Positions 12,198 through 23,170 of a stretch of DNA of 64,000 nt are shown piece by piece. The stretch spans positions 5,920,001-5,984,000 of the forward strand of contig OY843751.1 of the NCBI GenBank assembly GCA_963693055.1, given 5' to 3'. The notes beneath the pieces were generated by a model. It was not told where the DNA came from. It was given only the letters and a program-made list of their open reading frames with translations, and made no database searches. Made by a program: the position numbers and the translations under genes. Position 1 is the stretch's first letter. The number at the start of each line of letters is the position of its first letter. The DNA is from a bacterium (lineage in GTDB: Bacteria > Zhuqueibacterota > Zhuqueibacteria > Residuimicrobiales > Krinioviventaceae).

Positions 12198-14882
12198 CTA
12201 AAATTCATATCCCGCTGAAATGTACACTCTTTCGTCACGGGTGTTTGCCTGACCATATGCAATGGACAAGGGGCCAATAGGTGTTTGAAATGATAATGCC
12301 AGGCCCCTGCCATTGACAAAATCTGAACCGTTAATAATCAAGTCCTTTTCCCAAACAGCCCCAAAATCAAACCGCAACGTTAAAAACGTATCAAACATCC
12401 AATAGGTATTTATAAACAGCCGGTATTCCATACTGGTTAATATAACATGCCGCCCATGCATTGAATTTTCACGTAATCCATAAAAAGATCCAAATCCACC
12501 CAACTGGAACTGTTCAGAATATGGTGTAGAAACATCAGAGGTTCCCCAAAACAACAAGGGTGAAAATGTATGCCTATCAGCCAAAGTAAAATAATTTGAC
12601 AACCGGTTATACACTTTGTAATACGAAATATCAGAGCCTAAAAAATCACCTGTAGATACTTCATATTGAAATTCATGAAATTTCCCCGAACGGGGAAAAG
12701 GAATCCGGTCTCGTGTATCAATAATGGAATTGATACCGATAGTGTTTATAGTCAGAGCACCTGTGTCTATAGTATAATCACTACCGGAAACCGCGTCAAT
12801 ATCTATTTCTTCAACGCGAAAAAATCCGGAAAGGGTACCAAATCGTTCTATATGCTGACCTACATTAATATTTGCACCTGTGGAATGCCGCCAGTACTCA
12901 CTAATACTTTCACTTTTATCATAAGTAAAAAACTTTTGATTGGTATTATACAAATTGAACCTGGCAGTAAAATAGGTATTAAAAATACGATCTATGCGGT
13001 ACTCGGCTGCAAACTTTTTATCCCGTTCACCATATTGCATATGCAAAGTCAAATCATTACCAACACCCAACATGTTTTCTTCAGCAAATTCTAAAAACGA
13101 ACGTCCCCATCGCTCATCGTCATAACGGAATCCATATCGAATTACATTGGTTGCTTTTTCCTGTAAACGAATATTTAAATGATACCCTGATGTTCCGGGC
13201 GCAATTTTCAGAGAAACCGAATTAAACAAACCGGTCCCATATATGTTCTCAATGCCGGCTTTGGCAAGATTATTTTGAAAGACATCCTGCGGATGCAATG
13301 TAAATTCGTTATACAGTAAAAAATCTCTTACATGTTCGTTGCCCTCAAAATTTAAAGAACTGATTTTGCCCTCTGATATTGTTATAATTGCATGACCCGA
13401 TTCTTTTGAAAAGGAAATATTGGAAATTTCTGCAAGTGAATAATCTTTTTCCCGATACATTTCAATAATTTGTTCAAGCGCACGGGTACATTCAAAATGA
13501 TTCATGGGTTTGAAAAGCAACGGACTAAAAATTGATTGCAGTTCTGAACCATGAAAAATGGTTTGCCCCAGCAGAGAAACTCGCTCAAGAACAGGGAATG
13601 GTTCAAATGTATAAACCAGTATGGTTTTATCATCCTGTTTTTTTATTTCCGCATAAACATCTCTGAATGATCCACTATTATGGGCATTTTCCAACACATC
13701 AATTATCTCCTGTTCGGAAACATGTCGGTTTGCCAATGTATTCAGATTAAATGGTAGTAAAGAATCATCGTTTGCTTTGATTTCATGCACATATATCAAA
13801 CGTTCTCTGTTTTTCTGATTATCCAGTTCGTTATATTTTGCCCTTATATCTGCAAGTAATGCTGTACCCCTGCGAATTCCTTCCTGATACAACGAGTCTA
13901 CATTGTTTTGGTTAGCAGATGTACTATATATATCCGCAAGAGAGACTACAAAATCCGCATGATTTAATTGCTGTTCGTTATGAGGAATTTGCATAATGGT
14001 TGTAACCTGGTCAGCCATTTCCCAGGGAACCAGCAAATCACTTTGTTTTCTCAAAGGAGATGTGGTATTTACAGCAAGAACAATATCGGCACCGGTATTG
14101 CGCGTTACATCTACAGGTATATTATCCAACACACCGCCATCGACAAGCAGCAAACTGTCACTTTTTACAGGATTAAACAACAGCGGAATAGATATGGATG
14201 CGCGAATCATTGCCGCAAGATCTCCCCGATCAACAACGACCTTGGTTCCTGTAAGGATATCTGTAGTTATGATTCGCAATGGAATTTTTAAATGATCAAA
14301 CTGATAACTATGATAAGGAGCATTAAGAATCAAATTGGTTATAAAATCGCCTAAATTCTGTCCCGGAGATAACGCCTCGGGCAATACCAGCTTCATATTT
14401 TCCAGTCGAAATTGGATGATGGCCCGGCTGCGTTTTTGTTTTTCTCCCAACAACTGGCTAGAGCGTTCAGGATTATCGTTAAGCGCCTGACCCCAATCAA
14501 AAGAACGGGTAATCTCCCAAATTTCATCAGGAGTATAACCGGAAGCATATAATCCGCCAATCACTGCGCCAATGCTGGTACCTACAATATAATCTATGGG
14601 GATGTCATTTTCTTCAAGGACTTTTAATACACCAATTTGAGCTACCCCCCGCATTCCCCCTCCACTCAATGCAAGGCCAATCCTTGGTCTTTTAACTTCT
14701 CTATAAGGCATCATTGCTCTGGGTGGAGCAATCACTTTACCATTATAATCCAGCCGGATTGTTTCAACAACTTTTTCTTGTGGGTACACATTGAATGCGG
14801 AAATCAATACAAACAACAAAATTACAGAAAAATTATTATAGTAATTAATAAAGAATGTTCTATATTTCATAAATAAATTCAT
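12198..14882 (-). CDS. Patatin-like phospholipase + POTRA + Omp85/BamA beta-barrel (PlpD / type Vd-like)
   Basis: LALSGGGMRG, GTSIG, DGG catalytic motifs; POTRA-like segments; C-terminal TPIGPL...YISAGYEF barrel signature. Start codon uncertain. Confidence 0.88.
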   Translation of the reverse strand: MNLFMKYRTFFINYYNNFSVILLFVLISAFNVYPQEKVVETIRLDYNGKVIAPPRAMMPYREVKRPRIGLALSGGGMRGVAQIGVLKVLEENDIPIDYIVGTSIGAVIGGLYASGYTPDEIWEITRSFDWGQALNDNPERSSQLLGEKQKRSRAIIQFRLENMKLVLPEALSPGQNLGDFITNLILNAPYHSYQFDHLKIPLRIITTDILTGTKVVVDRGDLAAMIRASISIPLLFNPVKSDSLLLVDGGVLDNIPVDVTRNTGADIVLAVNTTSPLRKQSDLLVPWEMADQVTTIMQIPHNEQQLNHADFVVSLADIYSTSANQNNVDSLYQEGIRRGTALLADIRAKYNELDNQKNRERLIYVHEIKANDDSLLPFNLNTLANRHVSEQEIIDVLENAHNSGSFRDVYAEIKKQDDKTILVYTFEPFPVLERVSLLGQTIFHGSELQSIFSPLLFKPMNHFECTRALEQIIEMYREKDYSLAEISNISFSKESGHAIITISEGKISSLNFEGNEHVRDFLLYNEFTLHPQDVFQNNLAKAGIENIYGTGLFNSVSLKIAPGTSGYHLNIRLQEKATNVIRYGFRYDDERWGRSFLEFAEENMLGVGNDLTLHMQYGERDKKFAAEYRIDRIFNTYFTARFNLYNTNQKFFTYDKSESISEYWRHSTGANINVGQHIERFGTLSGFFRVEEIDIDAVSGSDYTIDTGALTINTIGINSIIDTRDRIPFPRSGKFHEFQYEVSTGDFLGSDISYYKVYNRLSNYFTLADRHTFSPLLFWGTSDVSTPYSEQFQLGGFGSFYGLRENSMHGRHVILTSMEYRLFINTYWMFDTFLTLRFDFGAVWEKDLIINGSDFVNGRGLALSFQTPIGPLSIAYGQANTRDERVYISAGYEF

Positions 14883-14970
14883 TTTCTTCCAGATTTTGCG
14901 TATACGCTAACGTGCGAATTTATACAGGTCTTGTTGAAAAAGCAAGTAGAAAATAAAAACAGGTTTTTTC

Positions 14971-15525
14971 TTGATTATCTCCAATATATCCCGTCAGTTA
15001 TTATTTGCTTCACTGTTAACCGCACTTACGGCTGCCGGCTCGTTTATTCGGATACCGTTCCCGCTGACACCTGTCACACTGCAAACCCTGTTCACGCTTT
15101 TAGCCGGGTGCATGCTGTTACCCAGATACGCTTTTCTCAGTCAGATGGTTTACCTGATACTGGGACTGGCCGGATTGCCGGTTTTTGCCAATGGGGGTGG
15201 ATTGGGATATATTCTGCAACCCACTTTTGGATATTTATTGAGCCTGCCCATTGCCGCGTGGTTGATCTCTTTTTTGAACACACGTACGGGTAAACAGAAT
15301 TCCCTGTCTTTTATGATAATGATTAATAGTGTTGCCGGTATATTAATTTTAGCTCTAGGGTCCGGCTGGCTCTATTTAGCGGTGAATGTCTGGCTGATGA
15401 AAGCCATCTCTTTTCGTACAGTATGGATCAGTGGATTCCTTATCTTTATTCCGGGTGAAATTTTAAAAGCCGGCATTGCGGCATTCCTTGCCAGACAGAT
15501 AAAAACTCGCCTCAATTTTAAATAA
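14971..15525 (+). CDS. bioY: Biotin ECF transporter S component BioY
   Basis: PVTLQT, GLPVFA.GGG, PTFGYL, FIPGE. Confidence 0.93.
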   Translation: MIISNISRQLLFASLLTALTAAGSFIRIPFPLTPVTLQTLFTLLAGCMLLPRYAFLSQMVYLILGLAGLPVFANGGGLGYILQPTFGYLLSLPIAAWLISFLNTRTGKQNSLSFMIMINSVAGILILALGSGWLYLAVNVWLMKAISFRTVWISGFLIFIPGEILKAGIAAFLARQIKTRLNFK

Positions 15526-15528
15526 ACA

Positions 15529-15552
15529 CAGACCGGCAAAAAAACCGGTCTG
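15529..15552. terminator. Hairpin between convergent genes (probable bidirectional terminator)
   Basis: CAGACCGG...CCGGTCTG stem between the bioY and permease stop codons. Confidence 0.55.
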
Positions 15553-15562
15553 CTTAATAAGC

Positions 15563-16846
15563 TTAATATTTAATCCATTTCATCAATTCAGGTAGTGTTG
15601 GGCGTTTTCCATACATTAAAATACCTACCCGAAAAATCTTGCCAGAAATTAAAAGCAAACCGGCAATAGTAGCCAGGCTTATTACAACATTCAACATAAC
15701 TTCAAATATCGGCGCCGCATTCAAAGTAATTCGCAGAAACATTAACAGCGGGGAGAATAATGGAATGTGTGATAGAATGATTGCCAGGGTGCTATCCGGA
15801 CTTTTAATAATGGTAAACATGGCCATAAAGGCTACAATAATAAGCATCATAATGGGCCATTGCAGGTTTTGTGCTTCACTCTCTGTATTGACCATACTTC
15901 CCAGGGCAGCAAAAAGAGTGGCATATAAAAAATAGCCCAGCATAAAATAAAGTACAAACGCAATATAAACCGGCCAGGGTAATGCGGGAATGGCAATAGA
16001 AGAAACACCGGGATTAAAAATCTGCACCATCATTAATCCATAGGTAGAAATCAATCCAAATGAAACCGACCAGATTAGGAACTGGGTTAATCCTCCGGCA
16101 CCCAAACCAACAACCTTACCCGTTAACAACTGCCAGGGCTTGACAGAGGAAATAACCACTTCCATTACTCTTGAATTCTTGTCTTCAATAATACCCCGCA
16201 TGATATACTGTCCATACATTAATAATGCAATGTACAAGATAAAGACCATCACATAACTGACCATAAACGTATCAAATCCGCTCGACTCTTCCGAACCGGT
16301 TTTATCAACCTTGAAGGTTTGAGCATTTACCCGATGTGTCAATGTCTCAACCAGATCCGGATCCAGGCCGCTTTGATTCAACCTCAAATCAGAAATGACA
16401 GACGAAAGAGAACGCTCAACCCGTGATATAAAATCAAAATTGGTAATATTTTTTGAGTAGAATTCTACACTGTTTGATGTAAAAACAGAATCCGGTATTA
16501 CGATGTATACATCCAGATCACCAGATAAAATCTTTTTATCCAGTTCCGTTTTTTGGGCTGACAATTGATCTACCGGAACATTCAGTTTTTTCAAAGCATA
16601 CATGGATTGATTGTCTTGAATCATTTTGGTTTCCATTAACGCCGGTGCAAACACCTCGTAAACAGAATCCGTATAATCGATTATTGATATTTCTACCTGT
16701 TTTTCAACTTCCATTTTGGAAAAAAACATGGGCATAAATACCAGCAAAACCAACAATACCGGCATTAAAAACGTACCAATTAAAAAGCCTTTGGTTTTAA
16801 CATTTTGCAGATATTCTCGTTTGATTAACGCAAAGGTTTTCATCAT
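15563..16846 (-). CDS. ABC-2 type permease (NatB/YhaP-like)
   Basis: KREY N-terminus, EDKNSRVMEVVISSV, GKVVG, multiple TM helices. Confidence 0.9.
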   Translation of the reverse strand: MMKTFALIKREYLQNVKTKGFLIGTFLMPVLLVLLVFMPMFFSKMEVEKQVEISIIDYTDSVYEVFAPALMETKMIQDNQSMYALKKLNVPVDQLSAQKTELDKKILSGDLDVYIVIPDSVFTSNSVEFYSKNITNFDFISRVERSLSSVISDLRLNQSGLDPDLVETLTHRVNAQTFKVDKTGSEESSGFDTFMVSYVMVFILYIALLMYGQYIMRGIIEDKNSRVMEVVISSVKPWQLLTGKVVGLGAGGLTQFLIWSVSFGLISTYGLMMVQIFNPGVSSIAIPALPWPVYIAFVLYFMLGYFLYATLFAALGSMVNTESEAQNLQWPIMMLIIVAFMAMFTIIKSPDSTLAIILSHIPLFSPLLMFLRITLNAAPIFEVMLNVVISLATIAGLLLISGKIFRVGILMYGKRPTLPELMKWIKY

Positions 16847-17748
16847 GATGCCACCTCCCCTTTGACCGTCTTTATAAATATTTCATTCAGCGAGGGTTCT
16901 GCAATCTTGAATTCTGAAACCGTTACCTGTTCCGCTGCAATTTTGAGAATTTCTTGGCTGTTTTTTCCATTGGCCGGAGTCAATTCAACATATTGACCAT
17001 AGTTGTCGTATTTTTCTACAATCGAGGTATCCTTTAAAAAGGCGGCCTCTCCATCAAAACTGAGGCGGATGCGGTTTTGCCCGAATTTTTGTTTAACCTG
17101 TAAAAGATTACCATACAACACATTTTGTCCCTTGTTGATCATGCAAATAGATTCACACAATTTCTCAACCTGTTCCATCAGATGTGTTGAAAAAATTATC
17201 GTCGTTCCCTGTTGCTTTAATTCCAACATTACATCTTTTAATAAACCGGTATTTACAGGATCCAAGCCGGTAAAAGGCTCGTCCAGAATAATGAGTTTAG
17301 GTTGATGAATGATTGTACATATAAACTGTAACTTTTGCTGCATACCGCGCGAGAGGTCTACTACTTTTTTATCCTGCCATTCTTCAAGTTCCAGTTTTTC
17401 AAGCCACATCCTTGCAAGATTGCTGGATTTTGAAGGCGGTATGCCTTTAATCTCGGCAAAAAACAAAATGGTATCAAACACTTTCATCTTTTTGTACAAT
17501 CCCCGCTCTTCGGGAAGATAGCCAATACTGTCACGGACTTTAAAGTTGTTTGATTTGCCAAAAACGGTTATATCTCCCTTGTCCGGACGAATGATATCCA
17601 TAATCATACGGATAGTTGTGGTTTTCCCCGCACCATTGGGACCAAGTAAACCAAAGACCTGACCCTCCTGAACTGAAAACGACAGGTCTTTAACCGCCCG
17701 TACATTTTCGAACGATTTTTCAACATGTTGAACATCTAGTACCGACAT
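16843..17748 (-). CDS. ABC transporter ATP-binding protein (YhaQ-like, DUF4162 C-terminus)
   Basis: GPNGAGKTT, LSRGMQQK, ILDEPFTGLD, EPSLNEIF; 4-bp overlap with the permease. Confidence 0.93.
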   Translation of the reverse strand: MSVLDVQHVEKSFENVRAVKDLSFSVQEGQVFGLLGPNGAGKTTTIRMIMDIIRPDKGDITVFGKSNNFKVRDSIGYLPEERGLYKKMKVFDTILFFAEIKGIPPSKSSNLARMWLEKLELEEWQDKKVVDLSRGMQQKLQFICTIIHQPKLIILDEPFTGLDPVNTGLLKDVMLELKQQGTTIIFSTHLMEQVEKLCESICMINKGQNVLYGNLLQVKQKFGQNRIRLSFDGEAAFLKDTSIVEKYDNYGQYVELTPANGKNSQEILKIAAEQVTVSEFKIAEPSLNEIFIKTVKGEVAS

Positions 17749-17812
17749 GCTAGCTCTCCTGATTTAACATAATAATATCCAGAGTACACTTTAAACCTCA
17801 ACATATTCAGCA

Positions 17813-18778
17813 TTAGCGACAATAAATTTCATCTTCAATTTCTGTTACGCGCTTGCCTGCAAAACCATCTACAATTACAGGATCATCATTCTGAATAGCT
17901 TTAACAAATGCATCGATATGGGGTTGGTGCACGTTGGTGTGCGGAGGATGATTTTCCGCCCGAACACCTTTTTCCGTTTTAACTGTTAGATCACCATTGT
18001 TTAATACTGATACGTAAATTGTGCCTTTTGTTCCAAAAATTTTAAACGTATCTTGAGGTTCTATAGCCGCATGGCAAACGGTCAACACCCCAACAATACC
18101 AGACTCAAACTCGAATTGTACAACGCCGGTATCTTCTACATCCCGATCCAGAATAACATTATTTGCAAAACCTGTTGCTTTTTTAATTTCTCCAAACACG
18201 TTTAACAACAATTCAATACGATGAGATCCTACATCCATAATTGGGCCGCCACCCGCCATATCTTTTTGCGTTAACCAGTATCTAGCTTCTCCCGGTTGGC
18301 GATCAAACACTTCAAACACATTTATCTGAGATACTACAGGATCACCTATTTCTCCGCTGTTAACAATTTCTTTTATACGATCAACAACCGGATAAAAATG
18401 CCGGTAATAGGCAACACCCAACTTTACTCCGTTAGCCTCACATGCGTCAATCATGGCCTTGCATTCCGCAGTATTCATAGCCATGGGCTTTTCACAGAGC
18501 ACATGCTTGCCGGCATTCGCAGCAGCAATTGTCTGTTCTGCATGTAAATATACGGGTGTTGCAATATATATAGCCTCAATTTCATCATCTTTTAACAACG
18601 CTTGCCAGTCTTTATACCACTTTGGGGCACCAAATTCTTTGGCAAAGGCTTCTGCCAGATCATAATTCTGACGGTTTACAGCAACCAAATCACAATTTTC
18701 AAGGTCTCGCAAAGCCGGCGCTATTCTTTTTTTTGATATATCACCACAACCAATCAAGCCCCATCTTGTAATGCTCAT
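17813..18778 (-). CDS. Gfo/Idh/MocA family oxidoreductase
   Basis: WGLIGCG, GKHVLCEKPMA, GGG..MDVGSH. Confidence 0.92.
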   Translation of the reverse strand: MSITRWGLIGCGDISKKRIAPALRDLENCDLVAVNRQNYDLAEAFAKEFGAPKWYKDWQALLKDDEIEAIYIATPVYLHAEQTIAAANAGKHVLCEKPMAMNTAECKAMIDACEANGVKLGVAYYRHFYPVVDRIKEIVNSGEIGDPVVSQINVFEVFDRQPGEARYWLTQKDMAGGGPIMDVGSHRIELLLNVFGEIKKATGFANNVILDRDVEDTGVVQFEFESGIVGVLTVCHAAIEPQDTFKIFGTKGTIYVSVLNNGDLTVKTEKGVRAENHPPHTNVHQPHIDAFVKAIQNDDPVIVDGFAGKRVTEIEDEIYCR

Positions 18779-18894
18779 AATAATTTTCCTTTGCTGTTAA
18801 CATGTAAAAATGTCTGGTTTATAAGTAAATGACTTGCTCATTGCTTAAATTTTTGTTATTTTTAAGAATATATGAATCAGAAAAAGCAGGTATC

Positions 18895-19479
18895 ATGATA
18901 ACACCAAACGCACTTACAATAATCCGAATAGCGCTGACCCCGTTATTCATGCTTTTCTTTATGATCGATTCGGTCTGGTCTTTATGGGTATTTATGATCT
19001 TATTTGGAATATCTGAACTGACAGACCTGTTGGACGGTAAACTGGCAAGACAGATGGACATGGTTAGTGATTTCGGTAAACTGATGGATCCTTTTGCTGA
19101 CAGCATTTCAAGGTTTACCATCTTTTTATGCTTTCTAAGCGCCGGATACGCACCCGTATGGGTCATTGCCATTTTCTTTTACCGCGATGTTCTTGTATCC
19201 ATTATCCGGGTTTTTGCAATTAAATCGGGTATTGTGGTTGCTGCCAGAACCAGTGGCAAAATCAAAGCCTGGATCCAGTTTCTCGCAATATTGGGTGTAA
19301 TGCTGATTGTTATTGGTCAAAAAATGTTGTTATTACCGGCTACCATTAACGGTCCCTTTGATATCCCGGCAGTTACCATTATCATTTTTCTGGCATCTAT
19401 GGGCACTCTGTGGTCAGGTGTCGATTACTGGCTTGGCAATAAAACCAGCGTACTCAGTGCAATGAGCACAGATTCTTGA
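18895..19479 (+). CDS. pgsA: CDP-diacylglycerol--glycerol-3-phosphate 3-phosphatidyltransferase
   Basis: PNALT..RI and TD.LDG.LAR....S.FGK.MDP.AD CDP-alcohol motif; start placed at ATG 18895. Confidence 0.88.
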   Translation: MITPNALTIIRIALTPLFMLFFMIDSVWSLWVFMILFGISELTDLLDGKLARQMDMVSDFGKLMDPFADSISRFTIFLCFLSAGYAPVWVIAIFFYRDVLVSIIRVFAIKSGIVVAARTSGKIKAWIQFLAILGVMLIVIGQKMLLLPATINGPFDIPAVTIIIFLASMGTLWSGVDYWLGNKTSVLSAMSTDS

Positions 19480-20298
19480 TTATAAAACGTCGATCAATTC
19501 CAAAACACTGGAAACAGTGATTTTGGGTTGATCGGATGATTTTTCAAGCATTTCAGGAGTTGTTTCTCCGCTCATTACCAGCACACCCACCATATCAAAC
19601 TGTTGGGCCATACGTATATCTGTATATAAACGGTCACCAATAAATGCTATTTCCTGTGCATCCATTTCAGCGCGTTCACTTATTGCCTCTACAGCCTCTT
19701 TATGGGGCTTACCTACAACACGTGGCAGTCTGCCGCCGGTAGCGGTTTCAAACAAAGAGATAAATGAGCCCACATCCGGTTTAAAAGTCGATTTGGTAAC
19801 AGGGCACAGAATATCTGCATGCGTTGCAATATAGGGTATATCTGTCAGCATCAGGTCATAACCTGTACACAATTTTTGATAATTCAATTCCGTATCAAAT
19901 CCCATTACCACTGCTTTGGGCAGTGTTTCTTTAACGTCAGCATCTGTCATACATTGGTATCCCCTTTGGGTAAAGTCAGATACCAGATCACGGTTACCAA
20001 TGAGATAAATTTCAGGAAACAGTTTGTTGCGTTTTAAATAACTATCCGCACAATCAGCCGAAGTAATCAAATATTCGTCCTCACAGGGAAAACCGATCTT
20101 GGCAAGTTTTTTAAGATAAGTGTCTCTAGAACTTGAGCTGTTGTTGGTAAAATAATAAAGTTTTCTTCCGGATTCGAGCACCCGGTTCAAAAAATCGATG
20201 GCTCCGGGAACCGGCTTTCCTTCAAGGTAGAGCGTTCCATCCAGATCACAAACAATCGCCTTGCAAGACGAAAACATTTTTTTCTCTTCCGCGTTCAT
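19480..20298 (-). CDS. HAD-IIA (NagD-like) hydrolase
   Basis: DLDGT, TNNS, GKP, IGDRLYTDI motifs. Confidence 0.92.
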   Translation of the reverse strand: MNAEEKKMFSSCKAIVCDLDGTLYLEGKPVPGAIDFLNRVLESGRKLYYFTNNSSSSRDTYLKKLAKIGFPCEDEYLITSADCADSYLKRNKLFPEIYLIGNRDLVSDFTQRGYQCMTDADVKETLPKAVVMGFDTELNYQKLCTGYDLMLTDIPYIATHADILCPVTKSTFKPDVGSFISLFETATGGRLPRVVGKPHKEAVEAISERAEMDAQEIAFIGDRLYTDIRMAQQFDMVGVLVMSGETTPEMLEKSSDQPKITVSSVLELIDVL

Positions 20299-20350
20299 AA
20301 CATCCTTTTCTGTATGTTAAAAAACAAGGCCAATTGGCCCTGACATTCCA

Positions 20351-21019
20351 TCAATCTCCAAACTCTCCGCCAACAATATGTTGAACGCCTGCCGCCGGAT
20401 AGCCTTTGGCTGCCCACCAGCCTCGTGAACCCTCGTAATTAAACTTGTCTGAACCATTGCTCAACCAGACATGAATACGGGTTTCATTGTTTCCATAATC
20501 ATAAAAGCCTGCGATATCATCGTAACCATCGCCATTAAAATCACCTGCTGTTGCACCCACAATATTCTTTGCATCATAACCACGGCTGCTTTCCCACCAA
20601 CCTGCGGAATGCTGATAATTGAAACGGTTTCCTCCGGTATTCAACCAGACATGAATGCGGGTAACTCCCTGACCGTAATCGTAAAAGCCTGCCATGTCGG
20701 TAAATCCATCCGCATTCCAGTCACCTGAAACACAATGCAGCAGTTTATTGCCTTCATAACCGCCTTTTTTTGTACTGAACCAGCCATTTGATCCTGAATA
20801 TTTAAAAGATTCACCTTCGCTAACCCAGGTATGAATACGGGTATCTCCATTGCCGTAATAAAACAGAGCGGCAACATCTTCCATAACATATTCATCCTCT
20901 ACAATTACTTCTTCAGTATCAATATCCTGTGATTGAATTGCACGAGGTGTAATAAAAACAATTGCAAAAAAAATGAAACAAATTGCACTGGTAAACAATA
21001 TAATCTTTTGATGCTTCAT
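20351..21019 (-). CDS. Secreted protein with three FG-GAP/VCBS-like repeats
   Basis: Signal-like N-terminus from ATG 21019 (RBS AGGAG); repeats GD(W/F)N.DG..D.AGFYDYG...TRIHVWL...G..F.Y....GWW. Confidence 0.75.
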   Translation of the reverse strand: MKHQKIILFTSAICFIFFAIVFITPRAIQSQDIDTEEVIVEDEYVMEDVAALFYYGNGDTRIHTWVSEGESFKYSGSNGWFSTKKGGYEGNKLLHCVSGDWNADGFTDMAGFYDYGQGVTRIHVWLNTGGNRFNYQHSAGWWESSRGYDAKNIVGATAGDFNGDGYDDIAGFYDYGNNETRIHVWLSNGSDKFNYEGSRGWWAAKGYPAAGVQHIVGGEFGD

Positions 21020-21166
21020 GCTAAACTCCTTAAATATACCAAGGTAAAGTATTGAAAACATTATAAAAGTTCAAGCGTTTTGTAGGATTACCAGAGTACT
21101 TTTCTCTTGTTTAAGAGAAAAAAGAATAATATATTTATAGATTGTACAAAAAATGATCAGGATCAT

Positions 21167-23170
21167 ATGAACAATTATTATAAAATAACAATATCTATTG
21201 TAATAGCGCTATTGTTTATGGGGTGCAGCAGTCAACAAGCTTTAACCAAAAAGAAAAAAGAACCAAAACAGGAATATAACAAAGACGCCATGAACCTGGT
21301 GATTGACGGGGCACTGGCTAATGTTGTGGGACGTCCCAAAGACGCCTTGCTGAAATTTCATCAGGCAGCCGAATTTGATTCTTCTTCTACCGGTATTTAT
21401 TATGCAATGGCACAAAATTACTATTTGTTGAACGAATATAAGACCAGTACTAAAATTATCAACAAGATTCTTCAACTTGATCCCGAAAATCTCGATGCAT
21501 TGATATTGCTCGCTGCATGCTATGAACAAGAGAGCAAATATTATCAGGCAATGCAGGTTTACGAAAAAATTGTCAACATAACTCCATTCAATATAGAAAA
21601 CCTCTATTACCTGGCATCTCTGCAAATTGCATTACAAAAGAACAAAGAGGCGCTGGTATATTACCAGAGAATGGTAGACCTGGGAGTTGATGATCCTGAA
21701 TTTCGCATGAAAATAGGATACATGTTTCTTCAAAACCGCGCCTATACTGAAGCGGAAGCCATTTACACAGGCGTTTGGGAAGACAGTCCCGAAGAAGAAG
21801 AGGTATATCTTGCGCTTGCGGCTACCCGCAAAGTCCAGGAAGATACTCTGGGTGCAATTGAATGGTACAAAAAGGCTTTGGATAAAAATCCCAGATTCAA
21901 CGATGCAAAAGCAGAACTTCGTGCACTTTATGAAAAAAATGGGGACTGGCAGGAAGCCATAACCCTCTACAAAGGTTTAATTGAAAAAGACTCTACAAAT
22001 TTGGGCAATAAACTGGTATTGGGTCACCTGTATTATAAAAACAATCAAACTGATGATGCAATTAATATTTATAACCAGACAATCAAAGAACATCCCAACC
22101 GGGAGCGTTCACACCTTGCCCTGGCTTCCTTGTGGAAAATGCAGGGAGATACCACAAAAGCCATACAGGTATACAAAGAAGCTTTGGATGTTAACGATTC
22201 TTTTTACTATATCCGTCAACAGCTTAAAAACTATTACCTGGATCAGCAGGAATGGGAAAACGCTATATCATTATACGAACCGCTAAAAGACAATGATACG
22301 ACCTATGTAGGCGCTCAGATTGAAATTTCGAACATTATGATGGAAAAGGGTGACACCCTTCAAGCCATTCAGCAATGTGAAGCCCTGCTGGACTCACATC
22401 AGGACGACTGGCGAATACCCGCAACACTGGGTCGTCTTTATTTTTATATACAAAACTTTGAAACCGCAAGTCCTTTCCTGGACAAGGCTGTAGTAATGCG
22501 CGAAGATATGCCGCATCTATGGTTGTTGCGTGGATTAAACTATATGCAATTAGACAGCATGCATGTAGCGTTGGAAAACTTTAAAGATGCGTTGAACTTA
22601 TTCCCGGACCACCCCGCTATCAATTTCTATGTTGGAAGCATTTACAGCCAGTTTAGAGAATTTGATACTGCTTTGCCCTATTATCAAAAATCTCTCAAAG
22701 AAGAACCGGATAATATGCAAACCCTGCTTGCACTGGCAGGTACACTTGATGAACTGGGTCAATTTCAGCATTCCTCACAACTGTATGAGCAGATGTTAAC
22801 CGCTCAGCCAGATAGTCCCATAATCAATAACAATTTTGCGTATCATCTGTCTCTACAATCTAAAGATCTTGAAAAGGCATTGGGCTATTCTAAAAAAGCC
22901 CTTGAGGCTGATCCTGAAAACGGCCCTTTTCTTGACACCCTGGGTTGGATCTATTTTCATCTGGGTGAGTATGAAAAAGCGATAAGCTTTATTGAAAAAT
23001 CCCTCATGTTTGAGCCAAATTCACCCGAAGTTATGGAACACCTGGGTAATGTTTATGAAAAAATGGGGAGAATGGATAAAGCACACGAATATTGGCAAAA
23101 AGCCCTTGATTTAGATGGCGATCGTAAATACTTGAAAGAAAAACTTGGACAACCCACATATGACGAATAA
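21167..23170 (+). CDS. Tetratricopeptide-repeat lipoprotein
   Basis: Lipobox LFMGC; many TPR units; C-terminal NNFAY / FLDTLGWIY / EHLG motifs. Confidence 0.88.
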   Translation: MNNYYKITISIVIALLFMGCSSQQALTKKKKEPKQEYNKDAMNLVIDGALANVVGRPKDALLKFHQAAEFDSSSTGIYYAMAQNYYLLNEYKTSTKIINKILQLDPENLDALILLAACYEQESKYYQAMQVYEKIVNITPFNIENLYYLASLQIALQKNKEALVYYQRMVDLGVDDPEFRMKIGYMFLQNRAYTEAEAIYTGVWEDSPEEEEVYLALAATRKVQEDTLGAIEWYKKALDKNPRFNDAKAELRALYEKNGDWQEAITLYKGLIEKDSTNLGNKLVLGHLYYKNNQTDDAINIYNQTIKEHPNRERSHLALASLWKMQGDTTKAIQVYKEALDVNDSFYYIRQQLKNYYLDQQEWENAISLYEPLKDNDTTYVGAQIEISNIMMEKGDTLQAIQQCEALLDSHQDDWRIPATLGRLYFYIQNFETASPFLDKAVVMREDMPHLWLLRGLNYMQLDSMHVALENFKDALNLFPDHPAINFYVGSIYSQFREFDTALPYYQKSLKEEPDNMQTLLALAGTLDELGQFQHSSQLYEQMLTAQPDSPIINNNFAYHLSLQSKDLEKALGYSKKALEADPENGPFLDTLGWIYFHLGEYEKAISFIEKSLMFEPNSPEVMEHLGNVYEKMGRMDKAHEYWQKALDLDGDRKYLKEKLGQPTYDE

